DNA of 64,000 nucleotides, taken from assembly GCA_963828195.1 (NCBI GenBank), contig CAWHDT010000003.1, positions 192,001 through 256,000 of the forward strand, given 5' to 3'. How positions within the stretch are numbered: the stretch's first letter is position 1; each line of letters begins with the position of its first letter. The translations under genes were made by a program, and so were the position numbers. The notes below the pieces were generated by a model, which worked only from the letters and a program-made list of their open reading frames with translations, ran no database searches and was not told the origin of the DNA. The stretch is from Candidatus Bathyarchaeota archaeon (GTDB taxonomy: Archaea; Thermoproteota; Bathyarchaeia; Bathyarchaeales; Bathycorpusculaceae). Shown one piece after another: positions 29,330 through 36,842 of the stretch.

Positions 29330-29677
29330 TTAAGGATTTTTGGTTTTCCAAGGCTTTTTCTGGTATCCCAGAGCATGAGCTTTGTCTGAAAGCAAGACTT
29401 TTCCGCCCGCGATGCAAGAATCGGTCGCAGCAGCTTGCGCGTTATCAATGTCCATGCCTGAAACTCTGAATTTTGAGAACTCTGACATTTCGCACATTGG
29501 ATTAGCCCGCGCGCCGTAAGCGATCAGTAACGCTTCTACGTCCAATGGTGCCTCTATACCTTCAGTTTCAGTCAAAACAGGAGCTGATTCCTCAGCTTTC
29601 GACTCTGCTAAATCGTCCAAACCAAGCTTGTAGCTTCGGGTTTTAATTTTCCCTGGCTCATAAGCATCAAGTGACAT
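29330..29677 (-). CDS. Element hypothetical protein (115 aa)
   Basis: ATG start with a GAGGT RBS upstream. Confidence 0.65.
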   Translation of the reverse strand: MSLDAYEPGKIKTRSYKLGLDDLAESKAEESAPVLTETEGIEAPLDVEALLIAYGARANPMCEMSEFSKFRVSGMDIDNAQAAATDSCIAGGKVLLSDKAHALGYQKKPWKTKNP

Positions 29678-30174
29678 TTTTACATCATTACCTCAAAAAC
29701 ATGTATAAACTACAAGATATATTAGCTTTTCCGAAAATTTTTACAGTAGTCACTTTCCTATCAAACGTCCAAAAAAAGACCATACCCCATGAGAACGTTT
29801 CCCATAGCGCAATTTCTGGCCAGTAAACAACTGTTTAGAGCGTCTGTACAACCACATACACCCACTATATGGCTTACGTCCGTTCACTTGTATTCGACTG
29901 AACCTGATGCCCTAGGCGTGCCTAACAAAAAAGACCCGTAGCTACGAGTTGACAACAGGCGAGCCTGTCATGTAGACAACCCATCTTTTTCAACTCAAAC
30001 CCCTACCTGGACACAACAAAGTACTCGACTCTTTTTGACCTAACAGGAAAAACCGATTTTTTACATCAGGGCAGTCTTCAAAAAACAAAAATGAAGAAAT
30101 ATGAACGGTTCCCATCCACGACTAGCACTTTTTACACGAAAAAAGCCAGACTAGGAAGCAAAAAACATCACTCG

Positions 30175-30363
30175 TCAATATTTCCAGTCCTTAGTTCCGC
30201 ATGCAGGACACCGAAGAGGCAGCTTTTCAGATCGCGCACGCCAAACCCGACCGCAGTGAGCACATTTACATAACAACCGCCTTTTAGCACGCCGATGCCT
30301 CGGCGCCAACGGAACAGAACTCCGCCTAATCCGATATCTACGCCCATAATGATACCTGTACAC
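30175..30363 (-). CDS. Element Arg-rich Zn-ribbon protein
   Basis: CKCAHCGRVW...PLRCPAC...W; starts immediately after the upstream stop. Confidence 0.75.
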   Translation of the reverse strand: MYRYHYGRRYRIRRSSVPLAPRHRRAKRRLLCKCAHCGRVWRARSEKLPLRCPACGTKDWKY

Positions 30364-30645
30364 TCAATGAAACTCCTCAAAATTAGCAAGATCACGATAC
30401 AATTCATCTAAAAGCTCCTTTGCGTCATGAACTAAGGGCAGCGCCTCAAATTGGTAATGAGAACGCCTCAGTTCATCCAAAATAAGGATAATTTGGCTTG
30501 TTTTTACAACAACATCAGCCTCACGGACGATCTTTTCCGTTAAAACCTCTTCCTCTCCCACGTCATCCACCTCTGTATACTTGGCTACTCCAATTTCTAC
30601 CTGAAAAACCTCTTTTTCCCTCAGCCTTTCCACCTTATCCACCAT
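30364..30645 (-). CDS. Element acidic hypothetical protein (~93 aa)
   Basis: ATG at 30645 (MVDKVERL...) lies just downstream of the Rep stop. Confidence 0.65.
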   Translation of the reverse strand: MVDKVERLREKEVFQVEIGVAKYTEVDDVGEEEVLTEKIVREADVVVKTSQIILILDELRRSHYQFEALPLVHDAKELLDELYRDLANFEEFH

Positions 30646-30668
30646 GAAAGCTACTTTTCTACTCAATA

Positions 30669-31907
30669 TTATCCACCTGGATCCTTTTTCTTCCAACGCT
30701 CCAAATAGATCCAACCTTCACGTGAAGGCAAGTAAGCAACGTACCCCTCTTCTTCCTCGGCAAGCCCTAATTTTTTGTCGCCAACATAAACGATATCCTG
30801 CAGGACGTGACCCCATGGACACTGCTCTTCTTTTTTGCCGTGTAATTCTGACTTTTTAAGGGGAAGTTTGGAATATCCCAAGCTACCAAACCAAGTTACT
30901 ACGTGCCCATGACCAGGAGGCACGCTTGCATGCCCCAACTCATAGAAAATCGTACCAGCTAGGCTATTCCGTAACCCTTTGTTTTTCTGGAAAAAACCCG
31001 CATTCTTTTGAACTTTCAAGGCATTACTACGAGTAGCAACAATACATACGTCACCCTCTTTGTAAAGGGAAGTTTGCAATACTGGAGTACCCTTACAATG
31101 TACCCAACCATACGTGTAAACCTCAGCTATTTTATCTCCGTCAATATCCTTAGAATAACCTACAAAATGAAAATGAGGGCTAAAATAAGGCTTTCCATGA
31201 TTAAACCGTTTCGAGTGAAAAACACAACTGCCACCTTCAAAACCGACCAGCTTAGCGGCTATTAACGAAAAACGCTTCATTTTTGCGACGCTCCAAGTGT
31301 AAAATTTGGCTGGAACACTCACAAAATAGTGTAGTTGCTTACCTTCCGTCCCGTTTTTTTCATCATAAGCAACAAATCGTTTAAGCTGCCTAGCAGTTTC
31401 GCGCGCACGCCAACGCTGCAGGCAAATCGGACAGCTAGGCCTATGGCACCAAAAACGCTGAACCCTAACAAAAGCACCATTAGCCAAACATTCATCATGG
31501 ACGACAAGATTTTGGTGAATCGCATCATCCAACTGTTTAGGTTCATGGTCTTCCAAGCAGCCTACAAAAAAAGGCATCCCACACGTAGTTTTAGCGTGCC
31601 CATGACCAACCAAATCCCAGTCAGCTTCAAAAATCTGGAAAGGCAGATCAGCCAAAATAGTGTTACTTGGGATATTACTGATAATAGCCTCGTCGTCGCC
31701 ACTTGGCGACGTGGGCGGGATACCCGACGCTAAAAAACGTACTTCATCAAACTCTAGGACTTGCTCATCGGTCAATTTTAAAATCTGCTTTCCAACTGCC
31801 GAAAGAACACCAGTATTTTTGAAATCGTTAGCTTCTTGGATTAAACCAGCAGACCATAACTTACAATAAATATAGTTGGATCGATCCAGCTCCTGAAGAA
31901 CTGACAA
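30669..31907 (-). CDS. HUH-superfamily rolling-circle replication initiator (Rep)
   Basis: Zn motif CHRPSCPIC, motif I HYFVSVP, VFHSKR, HUH motif II SPHFHFVG and candidate motif III Tyr in TIFYELGH. Confidence 0.8.
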   Translation of the reverse strand: MSVLQELDRSNYIYCKLWSAGLIQEANDFKNTGVLSAVGKQILKLTDEQVLEFDEVRFLASGIPPTSPSGDDEAIISNIPSNTILADLPFQIFEADWDLVGHGHAKTTCGMPFFVGCLEDHEPKQLDDAIHQNLVVHDECLANGAFVRVQRFWCHRPSCPICLQRWRARETARQLKRFVAYDEKNGTEGKQLHYFVSVPAKFYTWSVAKMKRFSLIAAKLVGFEGGSCVFHSKRFNHGKPYFSPHFHFVGYSKDIDGDKIAEVYTYGWVHCKGTPVLQTSLYKEGDVCIVATRSNALKVQKNAGFFQKNKGLRNSLAGTIFYELGHASVPPGHGHVVTWFGSLGYSKLPLKKSELHGKKEEQCPWGHVLQDIVYVGDKKLGLAEEEEGYVAYLPSREGWIYLERWKKKDPGG

Positions 31908-31908
31908 C

Positions 31909-32241
31909 CTAGTGACGCCTCTCTGCTGCTCTTGCAGAGTCAGCCTCTTTTGAGGCTGTAAACGACTCTTTTTTAGAAGTAGCCTTTATTTTAGCCTCGT
32001 AACGATGAATCCAATTGTCAATTCTCTTAGATTGCCATTTCCAACCCGTACCTTCAAGCTCAGTCTTTAAAATGATGGAATAGGCTAATCTCTGCGGCCA
32101 TAACCAAAAACCTTGACTCTCAAAACCTTCTCGCAAAGCATTAATTGCGAGACGTAACTGAGTATTAGCCCACTCTTTCGAACCATAAAAAAAAGAGGGA
32201 GAATTTGCGCGGGAGATTTCTCCATTGACGTCATTTAAGCT
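31909..32241 (-). CDS. 3' part of an attP-spanning element gene (its start codon is at 27636-27638 on the other end of the element)
   Basis: The frame is open with no ATG from the stop up to the attR core. On circularisation it fuses with MVIEKKTCIQ to give 120 aa. Confidence 0.6.
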   Translation of the reverse strand, partial: SLNDVNGEISRANSPSFFYGSKEWANTQLRLAINALREGFESQGFWLWPQRLAYSIILKTELEGTGWKWQSKRIDNWIHRYEAKIKATSKKESFTASKEADSARAAERRH

Positions 32242-32243
32242 TT
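32238..32243. repeat. attR core AGCTTT
   Basis: TTTA-AGCTTT-ATCACCAC; the host codons TAT CAC CAC resume here. Confidence 0.8.
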
Positions 32244-32944
32244 ATCACCACGCCTTCTTAGTGACCAAGGATGAGAAGTGGGCGGTGATTCAGCAGGGCA
32301 TGAGCGCGGAAGACCAGACAGCAAGACGCTACCACTGGCTCTCCGACAAAGTAACGGATTTTGTTGTGGAACCAGAAAACGCCATAGTTGGCGACGTAAA
32401 AAGGGAAATAGCTTTGAACATGGTGGCAAAAACCAGCGAAGCTGCACGAAGAGCAAGCGTGGACCTTTCCAAGGAACCCACCCGCAAACTAATGAAACTA
32501 ATCCAATCAACAGCCAAACCGCTTGAGCAAACGTCCCTGCAAGCATGGCTTCCCCAAACGGATGACCCTTGGAAGCAAACCCTAACCAGCCTCAATATGC
32601 CCCGAAACATAAACTGGGATACCCTTAGCCGTGTCTACGAATTCCAACCAAACAACTACGAAGAGCTTCTCAGCGTTAAAGGCGTGGGACCAGCCACAGT
32701 GCGCGGCTTAGCGTTGGTTGCTGAGCTGGTTTATGGCGAGAAACCCAGCTGGGAGGACCCCGTTAAATTCAGCTTCGCCTACAGCGGCAAAGACGGCGTC
32801 CCCTTCCCCGTTGACCGCAAAGCAATGGATGAATCAATCCAAATCCTCAAACAATCCGTGCAGGAAGCAAAAATCGGCGACAAAGAAAAACTTCTCTCGC
32901 TTCAAAGGCTTAGACGGTTTGTTCCCGAAAATGCAAATAGCTAA
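32243..32944 (+). pseudogene. DUF763 family gene, 3' part
   Basis: YHHAF...WAVIQQGM, ARRYHW, GVGPATVR, DPVKFSFA.SGKDGVPFPV motifs. Confidence 0.92.
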
Positions 32945-33013
32945 AGCAAGCTTCTTGGAAAAACGAATAATTTTTATTGCTGCAGGTTTACTTAATTGCC
33001 CGAGCCTGTCAGT

Positions 33014-33185
33014 GGGGTCGTAGTCTAGACAGGTATGACGACGGGCTCCAGAAGCAAGCAACGGGTTTGCTGACTCCGCTCGGAGAATGACGAAGTTCTG
33101 GAGCGTGTCTAGAGAAACCCGTAAAGAACCGCCTCGCGTGGTTCTTGGGTAAAGGTCGTCGGTTCAAATCCGGCCGGCCCCACCA
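33014..33185 (+). tRNA. tRNA-Trp(CCA) with two introns (37/38: ~33052-33116; 43/44: 33123-33152) and encoded CCA
   Basis: Acceptor GGGGTCG/CGGCCCC-ACCA, anticodon arm ACGGG-CTCCAG^A-CCCGT and T arm GTCGG-TTCAAAT-CCGGC. The second intron has an ACCC/GGGT helix with two 3-nt bulges. Confidence 0.92.
33052..33116 (+). ncRNA. Box C/D guide RNA within the tRNA-Trp intron
   Basis: Guide ACGGGTT before CTGA (33070-73) targets C39 by the N+5 rule. ATGACGA (33087-93) is a C-like box, and TTCTGGAGC is antisense to the anticodon loop. Confidence 0.8.
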
Positions 33186-33547
33186 AATTAACATAAAACA
33201 GTCTAATAGATATGAAGTGCATTAGCGATGAGCAGCTTAATTTTAGCTCATTTTGTATACAGCTAATTTTTCTGGTTCAGGCATTTCCGGAGAGCGTTTA
33301 AATCTTACAGATACACAAAACACCCAAGAAAATGCTTTATCAAGCGAATCCGATAGGATTTGGTCCCAAAAGGGGGCGCTCAAACCACAAGCTCTATTTT
33401 GCCAAATTTGTAGAATCAGGCTATTTTTGGAAGTTTACTCTACGGATTGGGATGCCGTCCCTAAAACCCATCTGGATCAAAACCATTATTAAAGAAAAGA
33501 AGAGTCAACACTTTTGAGTGCTTGAAATAAAGACTCCATCTGCACCC

Positions 33548-33571
33548 GCGGGTTCAAATCCCTCCCCCGCA
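33548..33571 (+). repeat. tRNA 3'-end fragment (att-like relic)
   Basis: GCGGGTTCAAATCCCTCCCCCGCA gives a T-loop plus 3' acceptor-like strand, with no 5' half nearby. Confidence 0.5.
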
Positions 33572-33655
33572 TTTTGCTTAAATCTTGCTAAATTCCGGCT
33601 TATTTTTTGCAATTTCACCCATTCTGTTAACATTTAGGTTTTTGCAGTTTTTGGT

Positions 33656-34801
33656 CTATATCTTGTTTGAATGATTCTTATTTTTTCGCAAGTAAAGCGT
33701 TGTTGCAACAGTGGCTAAGGTGAATGCGGCTAAGACCATAATAAATGATGGGAACTCTGGAGTAGCTGTTGCTGTCTGGGAGGTTGTAGAAGTCGGTGAG
33801 GACGTTGGCGTCGGTGAAGTGCCGGGGTTTGTTGATGAAGATGAGGAAGGTGTTGGCGACGTGGTCGAAGACGGATTGGGCGAAGCAGTAGCCCCTGCTT
33901 GAATTGGAGGATTGCTGCCGTAATTATAAAGCAGTAGCTGACCGTTTCCTCCTTGACCATAAGCGTTTCCTCCGTTAATACTACAATTTCCCTGTGTTAT
34001 GCCGCCGCTTCCATATGCTAGAAGTATAACGCCACCACCTCCCCCACCGCCGCCTCCACCACCCAACACCATGCCTGGAGTAAATAAGACGCCGTTTTGA
34101 CCGTTTGCCAAGATATTACCATTGTTTGAGATTTCATTTGCTTGAATATAGATTCCATATGCTCCTGATCCCCCGTATCCCGATACTCCAGTTGTGTCTT
34201 CCCCACCACCTCCGCCTGCTCCGGACAAATAATTGGCAAAACCATTCGCATACATTGTTTGTATGAAAGAATTGGTCAAGGTAGGAGTTGTTGGGGTGGA
34301 GCCATTGGTCGGGCCATTATAATTCGTACCACTTGGTTGGTATCCTCCAAATCCTCCCTGAGCCAAGGTTGCGCCTCCATTCCCTCCGTTTATAATGTTG
34401 TAGCCAGCTCCGCCGCCTGATCCTCCATAAGAGTTGGGGCAAGATCCACCATTCCGGCTGTATTCTCCACCGTTTTCTAAATACCCGGTTATTACTGTCC
34501 CGTCATTAGTAAAAAATCCTGAACAAATTATACTGAACCCATTCGTTGTTAGGGCTACTCCCTGTTGGATTGTTAAACTGGAGCATGAAAGGTCTGATGT
34601 AATCGTTGTATTTGATGAAATGGTGATTTCTTGTAAAGTTTGTGATGAAGCAAGGGTTATAGATAGCGGTCCAGACGTGTCAGTTCCCTTTACGACATTA
34701 TTCGAAAAATTAGCAGAGACTAAAAGTAATAGTGCTATTAGAAAAACAGAGATTTTACAAAAACTAATTAATTTAGGACCAAATATGCTTTGAAATTTCA
34801 T
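33656..34801 (-). CDS. Gly-rich secreted surface protein with PEF-CTERM-like sorting signal
   Basis: Signal peptide, GGGGG repeats, Ser/Thr/Pro linker and TPEFPS-TM-basic tail. Confidence 0.8.
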   Translation of the reverse strand: MKFQSIFGPKLISFCKISVFLIALLLLVSANFSNNVVKGTDTSGPLSITLASSQTLQEITISSNTTITSDLSCSSLTIQQGVALTTNGFSIICSGFFTNDGTVITGYLENGGEYSRNGGSCPNSYGGSGGGAGYNIINGGNGGATLAQGGFGGYQPSGTNYNGPTNGSTPTTPTLTNSFIQTMYANGFANYLSGAGGGGGEDTTGVSGYGGSGAYGIYIQANEISNNGNILANGQNGVLFTPGMVLGGGGGGGGGGGVILLAYGSGGITQGNCSINGGNAYGQGGNGQLLLYNYGSNPPIQAGATASPNPSSTTSPTPSSSSSTNPGTSPTPTSSPTSTTSQTATATPEFPSFIMVLAAFTLATVATTLYLRKNKNHSNKI

Positions 34802-35211
34802 AAGTCTCCCTCTGAAATTAAACTCATTGCCTCATTTTCTTTTTAAGCCTTTGGCATTTTAATCTACCAATGTGTACATCTTGCATGGTTTAGCTAAAAA
34901 AATCGATAAACTTTTAGGAGGTTGGAATTTACAGCTAAAAGGATATTTTAAAAATAACAATGGTCAAATAATAAATAGCCTATTTTTAAAAAAAATGGAC
35001 GCAAAAACAGGAAAATTCTACTGTCGATATTGACACGGCGCGATACTAACAAGCTTCTCACTCAACTTTTGGGGAAGGGGACGAAGATGGAAGGAGCTTG
35101 AGCGATTGCTTACCTAAATTTCAGCACAGAAGATATAGCATCTTCTTAAAAAACTATCTATTGCACCAATCGGAGCTGAAGTATCAAGAGTTGAATAGTT
35201 GAAGGAATCGC

Positions 35212-36606
35212 CTATTTTATAATCATATTAATTCCCATTTTCCGACTATTTTCTTTTTTTTCGACGATAACTGAAAACAAGACTATGATCATCACGACAA
35301 TTAACATAGTTCCTAGCATTTGGCACGAAAATTCTGGAACTGCAGGAGATGGTGAAGCAGTTATTGCTGGAGAAACACTATCTGTAGGTGTAGGCGTTGC
35401 TGATTGCGGAGAAGTTTGTATCGGAGTGGACACAGGTGTGGGCGCTTGCGTAGGTGCTTCGGTAGGGGAAGACGCTGCAGTTAGATTCACTGTCACTACC
35501 GCAGTATTGGATTGAGCAGAAGTTGCGCCTGAACTGTCAGTAACCGTACAAGTAACCGAGTAAGTACTAGCAGAGGCAGGAGCAAAACTAAACGTTGACG
35601 AAATCTGACCAGACTGGGCCGTCCCATCTGCATACCACTGATAAGACAGGTAAGATCCAGAACCGCCGCTGGCAGTAGCAGTAAACACCTGAGTCTGACC
35701 AACAATCATTGTCCAAGAAGTAGGCGAGACACTCGCAGCCAGAACACCCGTGCTTATCGCCGACACCGAATTACCTCCATTATTTGTTACATAGGCGTAT
35801 GCGCCGCTAGGGGAAACAGCGACACTGGTAGGTTCGCTTAACCCAGTTATTGTTGCAGTCACCGTGTTTGAAGCGGTACTTATCACAGACACCGAATTGC
35901 TTCCATAATTTGTTACATACGCGTATGCACCGTTTGGCGTAATAGCAATGCCTTCAGGATTTGTTCCAACTGGAACAGTCGCCGTAACCGTGTTCAAAGA
36001 TGTGCTTATCACCGAGACCGTACCGCTGCTGCCTTTACTTAAGACGTAGACGTATGCACCGTTAGGAGTTACTGCCACGCCATCAGGAACATTTAAACCG
36101 GTTACCGACGTCGTTACCGTATTAGACGATGTACTTATCAGCGAGACCGTACCGCTACCTTCGTTTGTAACATAGACGTAATCACCGTTGGGCGTTACAG
36201 CCACTCCAGCAGGGCCGTTTCCAACGTTTATTATCGTCGTCACCGCATTCGTAGCTGTACTTATAACCGACACCGTACCGCCTTGACTATTCGTCACATA
36301 GGCATATGCGCCGTTAGGCGTAATAGCAACATCCTCAGGAACAAGTCCAACGGTTATCGTCGCTATCACTGCGTTTGAAGATGTGCTTATAACCGACACT
36401 GAATCGCCAAATTCATTTATTACGTAGGCGTATGCGCCATTAGGGGTTAAAGCAACACCAGAAGGATTGCTTCCAACGGTTATCGTTGCCGTCGCTGTAT
36501 TCTGAGCTTGAACTGGCTGAGACAATAATGAGACAGCGCAGAACAAGAAGAGGATGGCGAGAAGGAGGTAACCAACGCCCAATGTCTTTGTTGTCACTCG
36601 CTTCAT
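35212..36606 (-). CDS. YVTN/YncE beta-propeller surface protein with PKD-like domain and PEF-CTERM
   Basis: Six TPNGAYAYVTN...VSVIST repeats; VPEFS-TM tail. Confidence 0.9.
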   Translation of the reverse strand: MKRVTTKTLGVGYLLLAILFLFCAVSLLSQPVQAQNTATATITVGSNPSGVALTPNGAYAYVINEFGDSVSVISTSSNAVIATITVGLVPEDVAITPNGAYAYVTNSQGGTVSVISTATNAVTTIINVGNGPAGVAVTPNGDYVYVTNEGSGTVSLISTSSNTVTTSVTGLNVPDGVAVTPNGAYVYVLSKGSSGTVSVISTSLNTVTATVPVGTNPEGIAITPNGAYAYVTNYGSNSVSVISTASNTVTATITGLSEPTSVAVSPSGAYAYVTNNGGNSVSAISTGVLAASVSPTSWTMIVGQTQVFTATASGGSGSYLSYQWYADGTAQSGQISSTFSFAPASASTYSVTCTVTDSSGATSAQSNTAVVTVNLTAASSPTEAPTQAPTPVSTPIQTSPQSATPTPTDSVSPAITASPSPAVPEFSCQMLGTMLIVVMIIVLFSVIVEKKENSRKMGINMIIK

Positions 36607-36794
36607 TCTTTCGCCTCACTAGTAAGATAACTCCAGATTAGGGTGGGACTAAGTTCCGGATTTCCTGTGCCTGCACCGCTGTGAGACGGGTCCGAGCGGA
36701 ACATTATCCAGTCGGCGTTAGCAACCGGAATCAAAACTAAACCGAAATGAGCACTTATAAAAATCGTCTTGCTTACCGTAAATAATCTATTCAT
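36603..36794 (-). pseudogene. Truncated N-terminus of a PQQ-type beta-propeller surface protein
   Basis: Signal peptide followed by ADWIMFRSDPSHSG...LIWSY, then a premature end. Confidence 0.6.
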
Positions 36795-36842
36795 GCGCCA
36801 CCCTACCTCAAATACAAGAGCGGGTATGAGCCCAATTTTAAT

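Larger units (their letters stand above)
27605..32243 (-). mobile_element. Integrated rolling-circle element (4,633-bp unit): tyrosine integrase, HUH Rep and small ORFs
   Basis: It interrupts DUF763, and excision at the AGCTTT direct repeat restores the frame. It encodes a recombinase and a Rep, and nearly all its ORFs are co-oriented on the minus strand. Confidence 0.9.

Noticed and set aside
27605-32243. Element as a provirus, self-splicing intron or intein
   Set aside because: No recognisable capsid or packaging genes and no intein motifs; the host frame stops at the boundary. A DNA-level direct repeat plus an integrase explains it better. A highly divergent virus cannot be fully excluded.
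32225-32243. TTG start making the DUF763 3' half an independent gene
   Set aside because: The first codons are element sequence and the fragment starts mid-motif. Separate expression is possible but unsupported.
33009-33194. 61-aa minus-strand ORF
   Set aside because: It is the antisense reading of tRNA-Trp.
35760-36480. DNA repeats in the YVTN gene as a diversity-generating or tandem array
   Set aside because: They are explained by beta-propeller blade repeats. There is no reverse transcriptase and no adenine-specific TR/VR pattern.
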